Source of the DNA: the human T2T-CHM13v2.0 reference genome, Homo sapiens
Assembly: GCF_009914755.1 (NCBI RefSeq)
Contig: NC_060926.1
Strand: one strand, 5' to 3'
DNA length: 64,000 bases
Part shown: piece after piece, positions 13,226 through 26,819 of the stretch
How the letters are laid out: every line of letters begins with the position of its first letter
Position numbering within the stretch: the stretch's first letter is position 1
Notes under the pieces: model-generated
What the model saw: the letters and a program-made list of their open reading frames with translations, nothing else
Database searches by the model: none
Told to the model about the DNA's origin: nothing
Translations under genes and position numbers: made by a program

Positions 13226-15290
13226 AAGTGAAACAGCAAAGGAAACAACATTAATAGTTTACTTAATTTTTATTACAATTAAAAAATTTTTATTAATTTT
13301 GCATGTTACAGATAAGGAAACTAGTTAAACAGTTAAAGTGTTATAGAATGAGGGCTCTGAACAAAGCTTTGTTAGAACTTAGTCCCATACTGTCAACCAT
13401 TGTCAGGTGGCATAATTTAGAGGTGCAGATAGAAGCTAAATAGTCGACTAAGTTGCTCAATTGTGGCATGGCGTTAGACCTTAATTATACATTTAGTTTC
13501 ACAGGCACAATTACCACATTATACTTGCCATGACAAAGTATTCTGGGTGTAAAATCTACTTCTTTGGGTAAATGAAGAAAAAATTTATCAACTTAGGAGG
13601 AGTTCAAATCTTCTAATACTGTATAACTACCTATAAAAGAAGGGTAAAATTAAGTCCTTAGTTTATTTCTAATCGATCATTAATTAATTTTGAGTCATGA
13701 CTTAGTCTTGGTGCTACTCCTGTTATATAATCAAGAGAGAGGGCTTGCTTGTAGTCTATCAGTTTTCTTTGAAACTGAGAAATGATATGATTTTTATGAA
13801 ATATACTATTATCCATTCATATGATATCCAGTCATTGTCTTTATAACTTGAGACAATGCTTTCTTCTGTCTCTATGGATTCACCAACATTAAGTATTATC
13901 TATTTACCCATTTATATGAAAGATAGAAATCTTAGTATGGCCTGCAATTTAAATTTTTCACTACTTAATAATTTTTACATTAATTTGAACATTTTAGAAG
14001 GACTTAGTGGAATTTATTCTGTTCTGCAACTATAATTATCAAGGCACTATTTCTATGTTGAATCATTTTACACCCAACACTAGATTAGAGTGTCTGTGTG
14101 TGTGTGTGTGTGTCATTATGATTAAGTCAGTGTTTTTTACAGAACCAAGTCAGTAACTGAACACATAAAAAAAGGAGTGTAATCCTTTGTCACTAAATCC
14201 TGCTGCTTAAAAGACACTATCCCTGCTGTCAAGATTCAAAGCACTTCCTTTTAACTTCTTGTAAGCTTTCTTTGATTCTTTTCGATAATACTCAACTACC
14301 ACTGATTCTTATGTTTAATGTTTTCCTTTCCTTTCTATTTCTTTTTCTTTTACAGTGGTCCTTCCTGACAAGAAATTTCACATTTAGGATAATCATATAA
14401 CAGCATTTTTTTTTAGATCTGGCATGTTTAAAAATATTATATTTGCTTTTAACATTTGTCTGAGTTTAGAATTCTGGATTCAAATCATTTTCCCTGAGAG
14501 ATTTGCATGTGTCGCTTTTCTATCATTTAGTGTTACCGATTATCTCAGTTTCATTCTCATTTCTTTTAGGTGATGTGTTATTTTTTCTGTAGTAGAACCA
14601 GTATGATTAATACAGTCAGCTATAATATATGTTTGTTTCCAATGTTACTTTTCCTTGAACTGAATCTTCAAGAAAATGGCATAGAGACTCTGTGTTTATG
14701 AGTACAATGTGTCTACAGGCATGTTTCCATCTAGGGGGTGATTTTATGGTGAATCTAGAGAAAATGGTCACCTCTACTATTGCTAAATTAGAAGGCCTTT
14801 GTTTTTCTGGAAGAGAACCACTGTTCTAGCTGTTCCAATTTAAAATTGAATCATCTGATAATTACACCAAGGCTCATTCATCATTTGTGTACTTGGTGAT
14901 ATAGCTTGCAGATTCAGTGTTCTGGACTGCTATGTTCCTTAGCTGTATTTCTTGTCTATCCAATTTCATTGACCTTCAATGATCCATAGTTCTTCAAATA
15001 TCAGGTTACCTTCTGGCCAATTCTCTTGGTTGGAAGAACAGTTATGGTTTTAACTTTTAAAAGTGTATTTTGTTGTCATATTTGATCATTGGAAATAAAT
15101 GGAAAGGAGATATTTGATGTTATCAGACATTTTCAAGTCATTTGAAATTGCTGGTTTTCTCTAAAGGATTCATAAAATAATATACAGGAGGTTAAGTTGC
15201 CCCTGTTTTGTCTAACTATACAATATAATCTAAGCATTTGAACACAATATTCAAGCTTTTCTATCCTTATAAGAAATGCATTTCCATTTC

Positions 15291-15598
15291 TTTTTTCTTT
15301 GTTGTTTGTTTGTTTGAGGCAGGGTCTTGCTCTGTCACCCTGGATGGAGTGCAGTGATGCAATCACGGCTCACAGTACCCGCAACCTTCCAGGCTCAAGC
15401 AATTATTCCACCTCAGGTTCCCCGAGTGGCTGGGACTACAGGTGCACACAAACAGGCCTATCTAATTTTTTTATGTTTTTGTAGAGATGGGGTTTCGCCA
15501 TATTGCCCACACTGGTCTCAAACTACTGGGCTGAAGAGATCCATCTGCCTCAGCCTCTCAGAGTGCTGGGATTATGGGCATGAGCCACCATGCCTGGA
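15291..15598 (-). mobile_element. Alu SINE (AluJ-like)
   Basis: Diverged antisense Alu with J-type motifs (GGGTCTTGCTCTGTCACC, GGCTCAAGC, TTTTTGTAGAGATGGGG). Confidence 0.88.
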
Positions 15599-15634
15599 AC
15601 ATTTCCTTTTTAATGTCATCTTTACTTTATTCTC

Positions 15635-16250
15635 TGTGGTAGGTGGGATTCTAAGATGGCCATCAAGATTACCAGTACCCCTAATGTATACACCTCATCA
15701 ATCAGACATTAATTTATTTTCTACTGTGAAGTAATTTTGCGATACAATTAAGATCTCAAATCAGCTAAGTTTAACATTGTCCCATTGGGGCTAATCTAAT
15801 TCCCTGAGCTCTTTAAAAATGTGGAGTTTTCTGTGGCTGCTCTAAAAAGAGGAAGCCAGAGATTTGAAGCATGAGAAGAATTTGACACATGAGAAATTCC
15901 CCAGTGCTGGCTTTGAAGATGGAAGGAGCAACATAACAAAGAATGAGGCAGCATGCAGTAGATAAGGGAGATCTCTGACTGACAGCCAACAAGAAAACAG
16001 GTATCTCAGACCTCCAACCATGAAGAACTGAATCCTGCCAACAACATGAGTAAGCTCAGAAGCAGATATTTCTCCAGAGCTTCCAGATGAGAACCCAGTC
16101 TTTGATCCCAGTCATATATACCCTGAGGAGAGAACACAGCCACTGTGCCTCACTTTTCATCTATGAAACTGTGACAATCTATGAAACATGGATTATTTTA
16201 AGCCATTTAGTTTCTGTTAATTTTTTACACAGCAGTAGAAAACTAGCACA
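15635..16250 (+). mobile_element. MaLR solo LTR (MLT1D/E-like)
   Basis: TGTGGTAGG...CTAAGATGGCC start, GCTGGCTTTGAAGATGGAAGG, GAACTGAATCCTGCCAACAAC, and ACAGCAGTAGAAAACTAGCACA end. Confidence 0.75.
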
Positions 16251-17048
16251 TTCTCTCACCATCCTGTATTTGTATGTTAAACTCTAAAAATTACTTCTAC
16301 ATTCTCATGTCATTGTTTCTGACTTGGAAATTACCTGTGATGGCTCTTCTTTCATCTATTAAAGATTGTTTTCTTCTTGTTTTTGACAATTACACAAAGC
16401 TTATTTACAATAATTCATAAATCATTTCTTGGGAATATGCCTCCCTCTTCTGAAAGAAGTATTACATATCCCATATACAGTATATTTTATTCTGTTAAAT
16501 TTTTATTGCTGAGAGCATTCCTTTTTCCATCACTTCGCCTCTGTAGCACCTTTAATAGTGTTGTATACCCTGGAAATTGACAAATCATATGGTTGAATGA
16601 AGTTGTGTCTTGCCAGAAACAAGAACTGTAACAAGTTTAACATACTCCTTCAATGGAGGATAGATTTGAATAGAAACTATTACACTATTGACTCTAAAAT
16701 AAGGGAATATGATAGAGATTTAGGCTTGCAGATACAAATCGTTAAAGGTTACATCATTTAAACAATAATAATAGCAATAATTATGCCATATAATTGCACA
16801 TTTTGTAGTTTGAGAAACATTGTCATGTTTTTTATTTTGATTTTCCAAAAAATATAAAATATAGGAAGTTCACATTTGATAGGATACAGATTTCTTTATA
16901 ATGTAATTTATAAAATCATACAGATATTTGTTAATGAATCCTAGACTGTAGATAAATATTGACACTTAAACCTATTCTCCTTCCAAAGCATCTGATACTG
17001 CCCGGTTGTGATATGTTTTTGCTAGAAAATAATTATATCTTGGGTACT

Positions 17049-17559
17049 ATATTAGTTTCCAATTGCTTCTGTAATAATTCATTACAAATTTAGTGGCTTA
17101 AACAAAACATTTACCTTACAATTCTGGATGTCAGCAGTCCTAAAGGCAAGGTGTCAGCAGGATTATGTTTTTTTCTAGAGGTGCTAGAAGACAAACTGTT
17201 CCCTTGCCTTTGCCAGCTTTAAGGGGTGACCTTTATTCCTTGGATCCTGGCCTCTTTCTCCATTTTAAAAGCCAGAAGCAGCCTACCATCATTGAATCTC
17301 TCTCTCTTTTTTCTCCCCCACCTCAAGCTCTGCTTCTGCCACCACATCTCCTTCTCTTGACTCAGACTCACTCGTTGATTATAAGGACCCTTTGATTGAT
17401 TACATACAGCCCAGCATGTAATCTAAGACAATATTCTTCTTTTAAGGTTCTTAAATTAATCACATCTGCAAAGTTACTTTGCCATGTAAGGTAACATGTT
17501 TGCATGATCTGGGGATTAGGAAATGAACATTTAAGGGGAACATTATTCTGTCTACCACA
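17049..17559 (-). mobile_element. MaLR solo LTR (MLT1C/D-like)
   Basis: TATTAGTTTCC...AAATTTAGTGGCTTAAAC...TTAATCACATCTGCAAAG...ATTCTGTCTACCACA, an antisense MLT1 pattern. Confidence 0.78.
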
Positions 17560-18964
17560 GGCATCCATGGGTTAGAATTATAAGATAGCTAATTATCAAT
17601 AGGTTTATTCAATATTAAGATTAGCAGACTTCTAAAAATCCAGCTCTTCATCAAAGCCACTAAATTTTAAACAGTTCCACATATTGTACTTAAAAGATGA
17701 AACAGTATATAAAATGTGCTTTAATGAATTCACTGTTATAATACATATTACTAATAAACAAACAACTCTACAATTTCTTCATGGTTTTACAAAACTGAGT
17801 TACGCTCAGAATGCAAATTGCTACTCTGTTATTTCAGTTTAATGTGAGTTATTCTTAAGCAAATATCCAGTAAAGGATTAAAGAACAGATTAGCACTGGA
17901 GTCCTAAAAATAAAGGTAAAAAGCATCACTCTCCCTTGCTCTGTGACTTTAAGCAAGTTAACAGCTAACTTCAGTTTTTGGAGGTGAAATGCCACCACTC
18001 TATTTTTTTCTTACAGTTTCATAAGTTGAAATTTGTGTACAATAGCTCCTTTGGAAACTGTTCAAACTCATAAGCTGATTAAGTTATGAACTGCTATTTT
18101 TTCACTAGGCCTTTTTAGAATTCATCTCTGGACTATTGTAATGTTCTGTTAGGAACAAGTCTGTTTTCAACAGACAGCAACAATGAAATGAGACTGGCTT
18201 TGTCCCAACTGGTTTTATCGAGGAAAATGTAGCAAAATTAACAGATGAGTTCAGAAGACAAGTTAAGTACTTTATTAGCTGCTGAGAGCATTTACTTATA
18301 ATTATTTATATAAATAGGCAAAATTACATGCATTTTAAAATAATTTTAAGCTTATTACAACATAGATGTATGATCCATTGCTGCACAACACATAAATCCA
18401 ATTGACAAAATAACACAAACAAAATATAAAGTTGTTTTTCTAAAGCATAAAGTGCATTCTAAAGATATCTACCTTCAGAAATTCACTTGACATCTATATT
18501 ATACAAATGAAATGTCATCATATTTATTGATAAAGAAATATTCCAACTTTAAACTAGTTTAATTTAAAATGTTCATGGTATTTATTCCTTTAAACAATAA
18601 TGCCACTTTCTTAAATCATAATTTTGAAAAACAGTTATTTTGTCTTAATTTACAAGATAAATTCACCTCTGGGTCAATTTTCTCAATCTCAAATGAGATT
18701 TGTATTCAATATGTAGAATTCTACCTTTTGTCTGCAGGGTCTGAATAAGGAAAAAAAAAGAAACTGATATTTAATAAGAAGACAACTGATACTGAGGAAT
18801 AGGCAGTATATGTGTTTTACATATGTGCTATGCCAAGAGTTTATGTGATCCCTGCAATTGTTCAGATCAAAAGCAATCCTCTGGACTGTTCATGGTTTAT
18901 TTTTTAAACAAAAGAGGAATAAAACAATGTAGTAGTTTTAGTCTCAATAATTTCATTTTCTATT

Positions 18965-20792
18965 TTTTTATTTTTAGAGTTTTTAATTTTTTATAATTTT
19001 GAATTTTACTTTAGATTCAGGGGGTAGATGTATTTAGATTTGTTACATGTATATATTGTTTGATGCTGAGATTTGATCCCATTACCCAGGTAGTGAACAT
19101 AGCACCCAACAATTAGTTTCTCAATCCTTTCTTCCCCCTTTAGTAGTTCCCAGTGTCTACTATGCCATATTTTTGTGTATGAGCACCAAATATCTAGTTC
19201 CCATTTGTGAGAACATGTGGTATTTCCTTTTCTGTTGCTGCATTAATTTGCTCAGGATAATGGCCTCCAGCTGCATTCATGTTGCTGTAAAGGACATGAT
19301 TTTGTTCTTCTTTATGGCTGTATAGTATTCCATGGTATAAATATGCCACATTTTCTCCATCCAGTTCACTGTTGATGGACAAATAGGTTGATTCCACATC
19401 TTTGCTATTGTGAATAGTGCTGCAATGACCATAACACATGCATGTGTCTTTATCGTAGAGGGATTTATATTCCTTTGGGAATATACCCAATAATGAAATT
19501 GCTGAGTCAAATGGTAATTGTGCTTTGAGTTATTTGAGAAATTGCCAAACTGTTTTCCACAGTAGCTGAGCTAATTTACATTTCCACCAACAGTGTAGAA
19601 GCATTCTCTTTTCTCCACAGCCTTGCCAGAGGCTATTATTTTTTGACTTTTAAGTAATAGCCATTCTGACTGGTACGAGATGGTATATCATTGTGGTTTT
19701 GATTTGCATTTCCCTAATGATTAGTAATGTTGGGCATTTTTCATGTGTTTGTTGGCCACTTGTATATCTTCTTTTGAGATGTGTCTGGATGTGTCTTTTG
19801 CACACTTTTTAATAAGATTATTTGCTTTTTGCTTGTTCAGGTGTTCAAGTTCCTAATAGATTCATGATATTAGACCTTTATCAGATGTATAATTTGTAAA
19901 TATTTTCTCCCATTCTGCAGGTTCTCTGCTTACTTTTGTTGATAGTTTCTTTTGATGTGCAGAAGCTCTTTATTTTAATTAGGTCCACTTGTCAATTTTT
20001 GTTTTTATTGAAATTATTTTTGAGGACTTAGTCATAAATTCTTTCCCAACATCAATGTCCAGAATGGTGTTTACCAGGTTTTCTTCTACGATTCTTATAG
20101 TTTGAAGTCTTACATCTTTAATAAATCTTGAATTAATTTTTGTATTTGGTGAGAGTTAGGGGTCCAGATTCATTCTTCTGCATATAGCTAGCCAGCTATC
20201 TCAGCACTATTAATTGAATAGGGAGTCCTTTCCCCATTGTTTATTTTTGTCAACTTTGTCAAAGGTCAGATGACTGCAGGTGTGCAGCTTTATTCCTGGG
20301 TTTGCTCTTTGGTTCCATTTGTCTATGTGTTTGTTTTTGTACCAGTACCATGTTGTTTGGTTACTGAAGCCCTTACAGTATCGTTTGAAGTCTAGTAACA
20401 TGATACTTCTGGCTTCATACATTTTGCTTAAGATTGTTTTGGCTATTCGGGCTCTTTTTTGGTTCCTTATCCATTTTAGAATAGTATTTCTAATTTTGCA
20501 AAGAATGACATTAGTAGGTAATTTGATAGTAATAGCATTTAATCTATAGATTACTTTGAGCAGTATGGTCATTTTACCCATATTGATTTTCTAATTCATG
20601 AGCATGGAATTTTTTCTTATTTGTTTGTGTAATCTGTGATTTATTTCAGTAGTGCTTTGTAGTTTTCCTTGTGGAGACCTTTCACCTCCTTGGTTAGACG
20701 TATTCTTGGATATTTTTGTGACTATTGTAAATGGAATTATATTCTTGTTTTGCTCTCAGCTTGAATGTTTATTCCTGTATATGAATGCTACA
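18965..20792 (-). mobile_element. 5'-truncated old primate L1 (L1PA15/16- or L1PB-like)
   Basis: T-rich tail then L1 3' UTR; minus-strand ORFs 19277..19510 (IAALFTIAK...[10 protein letters not shown]) and 20210..20581 (WYWYKNKHIDKWN...[10 protein letters not shown]) are ORF2 remnants. Confidence 0.9.
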
Positions 20793-20999
20793 GTGAATAA
20801 ATTAAAAAACAAATTGTTTTTGTTCTGCATTTTATTTCTTTCTCCCTTTCTTTTTTCCTTTTTTTCCTACAATTTTCCCTTTGAAAATTTTGTTTTATGG
20901 TCTGAAAAAATGCTTACACCTTTTGTTTTTACTGATTAAAAATACTTGGATAAAATTGAGATTTATTTAGAAAAGATGAGAAAATCAAAGCATTTGTAA

Positions 21000-22145
21000 T
21001 TTTTTAGATGAAATTCACCAAAAAATTCACCATAATAAAGTGAACAAATCAGCGACAGTACATTTACATAGTGTGAACACCATCCTTTTCTAGTTCCAAA
21101 CTTTCACCTTCACAAAAAACAACTCTCTAAACTTTATACAGTCACTCCCATTTCCCTATAGTCCTAGCACTAGGTGACCAATAATTTTTCTGTCTCTATT
21201 GATTTAGCTATTCTGAATATTGCATGTAAATTGAATTATACAGTATATGACCTTTTGTGTCTGGCTTATTTCCCATACAATACAATTTTTTTGTGGTGTA
21301 TCCAAGTTGTATATTCCTTGGATATATCACAGTTTTGTCCATTTATTATTGATTGGAACTTAAGTTGTTTCCAAATATTGGCTGTTGCAGATAGTGTTGT
21401 TATGGTCATTTGTGTAAAATTTTTTGTTTGAATATCCATTTTTCAAACAATTTGGGCATATACCTAGAAATGGAACTGCTGGGTCATACAGTAATTATAT
21501 GTTTAATTTTCAAGAATCTGCCAAACTATTTCAACAGTGGCTGCACCAATTTACATTGCCAACAGCAATTAACTAGCGTTTCAATTTCTCTACATCCTTG
21601 CCAACATGTATTATGTTCTATTCTTTTTTAAAATTAACAATCCTAGTGAGTGTGAAATGGTTTCTAATTGTGGCTTTGATTCACATTTCTCTAATTACTA
21701 ATGACGTTGCACATCGTTTCACATGCTTACTTACCATTTGTAAATTTTCTGTGGAGAAATGTCTATTTAAGTCTTTTGCCTACTTTTAAAAATTTGGTTG
21801 TCTTTTTGTTTACATATTCTGGATACTTGGCCTTTATAAGATACATTATTTGCAAACAATCCACCTATTCTCTACATTGTATTCTCAAAGATCTTGATTT
21901 TATCTTTGATGCACACAATTGTTTAATTTTAATGAAGTCCCATTAATATATTTTTCTTTTGTTGCTCATGCTTTTGGTGCTGTATGTAAGAAACCATTGC
22001 TAAATCTGAGTCCATGAAGATTTAGCCCTATAATCACCTTTAAGACTTTTATAGATTTAGTTTTATATTTATGTTTTTAATCAATTTTGAGCTAAGTTTT
22101 TTAAATGGTGTGAGGTAGATGTTCAATACCATTCTTTTGCAAACT
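21000..22145 (-). mobile_element. Old L1 (L1MB-like) 3' fragment
   Basis: Antisense L1 3'/ORF2 C-terminal motifs (CAGTGGCTGCACCAATTTACATT, GTGGAGAAATGTCTATTTAAGTC). Confidence 0.75.
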
Positions 22146-22698
22146 TAGCTTAACTTGTATTCCAAAACTTGCTTTGATATAGCTTTAGACCTCCTTCTTT
22201 ATGTAGTTATTGTTATAAATTACATTATGTTTACATTGTGTATACATTGGCATAGATTTATAATTATTGGATAATGGCACATAGGAATGAAAGAAGAGTT
22301 AAAATACAATTATACTGACTTTTATTTATTTACCTATGTAGTTACCTTTACCAGTGTACTTTATTTCTTTGTATGACTTCAAGTTATTCTCTAGAGTCCA
22401 TTATTTCAGCCTGAATGGCTTCTCTTTGCATTTCTTATAAAGCAAGTCCACTAGCAACAACTCCCTCAGCTCTTGTTTCTCTGTGAATGTCTTAATTTTT
22501 GCTTTATTTCTGAGTATAGTTCTGATAGATACAGTATTCTTGGTTGACAGTTCCTTTTCCTTTTTCCAGGTAGGGGATTGGGACGAGGAGAAAATAAAGT
22601 CTCACATGCTTGTTATCTTTTCCTCGATTCAGTGATCATTCAGTTCCTGTAAACCTTTGATTACTTTCCAGATAGATATCCAAGAAGTTGATTCTGAT

Positions 22699-22699
22699 A
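22699..22699 (+). other. Probable site of schizophrenia-associated intronic SNP rs1344706, A allele
   Basis: Context GATATCCAAGAAGTTGATTCTGAT[A]GTTTTTGATTCTTTGTTTCAGTG matches my recollection of the rs1344706 flank; it lies ~19.9 kb upstream of exon 3 in intron 2. Confidence 0.75.
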
Positions 22700-25565
22700 G
22701 TTTTTGATTCTTTGTTTCAGTGTTTCTGTGAAGAGATAAGGCTTTGAAATTTCCTACTCTTCCATTTCCACCAAGGTCACTCAATAATAGTTTCTAAACA
22801 TCTGAAAAGATGCTTAACCTCACTACTCATGTGCCTGCATGACTCTAGATTCTCAGGTCACATTCTTAAACAGCTTCCTCTGATCATCTTTTAATTATCA
22901 CCAAGGCTTGTTTCTTGGATTATGGATTGTTTCCGTTCAGATTCCTCAGGCTTATTTGACCCCAGATGCTCAAGTACTACCTTTGGATTCATTCTTCTGT
23001 ATCTGTGGATGCCTGTGTCAGAACATCTGTGTCCTCCCACGATGTAAACAGAATTTCATATGTCCTGTGGGATGCAGATCAGAGGCTGGATGCAGGTCAG
23101 AGGCTCTGGTCTCATTGCCTAGAAAACACAGCTTCTTGGCCTGGCCCATCCTGCCACACATGCATTTTTGAATGATTATTCAACATTAGATTCACTTAGA
23201 AGGATACAGGCCAGCATCTTACATGCTTTTCAGTAGGAGTCCTTGCATTCCCACAGTAATTCTAGGGCTCTTTTCTCTGGTATTCCAAGTTACAGTTTAA
23301 TTGCAGAGAGATGAGATAATGTGGGTGGATGGCTTAGAAGCCCCTCAAGAACTAATACATGTTGTAAGAGGCTCTCTAGGTATAACTTCCATTGTTCTGG
23401 CAAGGGACAAACTTAGTTTGTATTTAGGAAAATCCCAGTTATGGCTTCCCACCAAATAATAAATTCTTCACATACTTCTGAGTCCAAAAGCAATTTGAAG
23501 TTATTTGTAAACATAACTTACAAATCTTAAGCCAAATTTCCTAATAACAGAAATTGATATTCCACCTTTATTCTGTGTCTAAGAGTTGGAAATCTAAAGT
23601 TACACCAGATTTAAATTCCTCCATAAAGAAGGAGAAAACACTTGCTAAACTGTTACAATTAATTTAGTATATATTAAGCAATATATCAATTGTAACTATA
23701 TATACATAACATTTTTGAAAAAGATAAAAAGAATAAATGATATATTTACACGTATATAGCATAATATTATATTTCTCACAGACCACTACAACTGTGTCTA
23801 TATATTATTTTCCCATTACATCAAATAAATGATTAAAATGTTAACTAACCCATATAGATTTCATGGTTTTAAAGATCATGTAAGCAATAATTCACTAGAT
23901 TGATATTATTTGATATGTTGATTTACTTGTGAATGTTCAATGAATTGGGATTATTTGGAATAATCTAGTTATTTATTAAGTCATATATATGAAAATATAA
24001 TTGGAGTAGTCATGCAGTAGTAATTTTTATTTTGGTTTTACAATAAATCTTATTTTTATATTTCAAATTTAAATTTAAGAAACTCTTATCTGTGTAAAAC
24101 ATGCTAGTCAGAAGAAAATGGGAAATAACATATGGCAGAAAATACAAGTAAAATTATTCCATATTTACTGTACAAAGAGAAATATAATTAACATCTTGTA
24201 TATTTTCTGGCATTATTACTCTATTCCTATAGATGCAGATACTTTTATTACATTGTAAAAATATTTGCATTTAAAAAATAACATTTTAGTTCAAGAATAT
24301 CTCAAATATTTTACAGCTATTAAAATTATTGGTAATAGCTGCAAGGTATATCTATATAAAGTTGAGCCATATCTCTTAACCATTCTTCAATCACTGGGCA
24401 TTCAGTTGTTTGTATATATATTAAAAAATAATAGCATCAATGCCTCTTACACTTGAGTTTCTATTACTCTCACTGTACTATCCAATGTTTTGTTAGCAAA
24501 TTTTGAAAGCCTCCTATTCTATTAAGAAGTTAATCACTGCCATCCTATGTGAATTCAATTTGAAAAGTATTCATGAGCACTTACAATGCATGAGACACTT
24601 CTGATCCAGCACTTAAGAAAATGAACTGAATGGTCAGAAAATCAGTTTTAGACATAACATGCACAGATTGCAAAGACTTTTATATTAGAACTAGAATGAG
24701 ATTTTGTATACAAAGAGAAACTTGAGTTAATGGAATCTAAAGAACGAGAGGCCTTGGGGAAAGATATTGTTCAGATCTGATATGTCATTAAGAGATTACA
24801 TGCTTTTAAAGCTGCCATGAGAAAAATCCAAATGATACACATTCATGGTAGTAATGGGAAAGGAAATTTTAAAGAGTCTTCCACAGGTTCATTCAGCATA
24901 ATGCCATTGATTAAATAATGACTAGAACAAAATTACACATTAATGTGTGATACCATCCACTAGAATATCTTAACCTTCTCTGAAGAAGGATATTTGCTAA
25001 CATTCTAATAGAATCTTTTGCATAGTGTCATTGAAGAGAGCTAAATTGATTCAGGAAATAGAGTTGGTGATTGAGTTGTAATTCTTTCATGGTATTACTT
25101 CTCTACAAGGTAAAAATCATACTTAGGTTTTTCAAAAGCTTGCAAAAAATAGTTCTTGACAGAAACAACTCTCTGGAATTCAAAGGAAGCTTTAAGCCTA
25201 TGGAAACAGTAATAGTGGATAATATATTAACTCACTAAGAAGAATGAAATTATAACCAAAAATTTTGGAACAAGAGAGTAATGTATTTACTTGTGGTAGG
25301 GAAAACACTTAACAAGGTAATTCTTGTTATTAATCTAAATATATATTTTATTTCATACTAACTCACTCCAACTTGAAAGATGGCATTGGAAACATAGACC
25401 TTAGAATATAAAAACTTGAAGGGATTTTACATATCATATGAGGAGACAGAAGTCTAAAAATATAAAGGGAATTATCCAGGAACAATATCCAGTAAGTGAA
25501 TATCTATGATAAGATTACATTCAACTGTAAATAAGAGAAATTTCAAAGTTGACTCTAAAAAGATT

Positions 25566-26157
<592 letters not shown>

Positions 26158-26475
26158 AGTTCACCTCCTTCTAAGTTAACCTGGCACCCATACACATCCC
26201 TTTAACCCAAAATTAATCTCCAAATAAATGTAATAACAAGGTCACACTCTGTCTAACATGATACAGCTATCCTGCATACAACCCAAAAGATACCAATCCC
26301 TTCCCCAGAAGATAATTTAAAGTCATTGGGTAATGTTCACTTTTCTCCTTAATATCCTGTAACTTAAATACTATGATGTAAAATTAACAATACTTAGATA
26401 CTATGATGTTATTCAATACATATTATGTCATATCATAAAAGGATAAAAAGAAAAACAAATATGTGTGTGTGTGTA

Positions 26476-26786
26476 TACAGTTTATCCCCTTGCAGTTTTA
26501 GTTACTCATGGTCAACTGTGTTCTGAAAATAGATGAGTATAGTACAATCAGATATTCTGAAAAAAAGACCATATTCCCAAAACGTATATTACAGTATATT
26601 GTTATAATTGTTTATTATTAGTTATCGTTAATCTTACTGTGCCTAGTTTATAAATTAAACTATCATAGGTGTGTGTGTGTGTATATATATAGGAAAATAC
26701 AGTAAATATAAGATTTGGTATTATATGTGGTTTTAGGCATCCACTGGGGCTTTTGGAATGTATCCCATGCAGATAAGGCATAACTA
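26476..26786. mobile_element. Tigger4/MER46-like DNA transposon nested in ERVL
   Basis: GGTCAACTGTGTTCTGAAAATAG...TTACTGTGCCTAGTTTATAAATTAAAC...AGGCATCCACTGGGG...GCAGATAAG; flanked by TG/CA microsatellites. Confidence 0.7.

Positions 26787-26819
<33 letters not shown>

Noticed and set aside
23070-23106. 18-bp tandem duplication giving GCRSEAGCRSEA in ORF 22908..23171
   Set aside because: Two copies only, consistent with ordinary slippage, with no support for coding.
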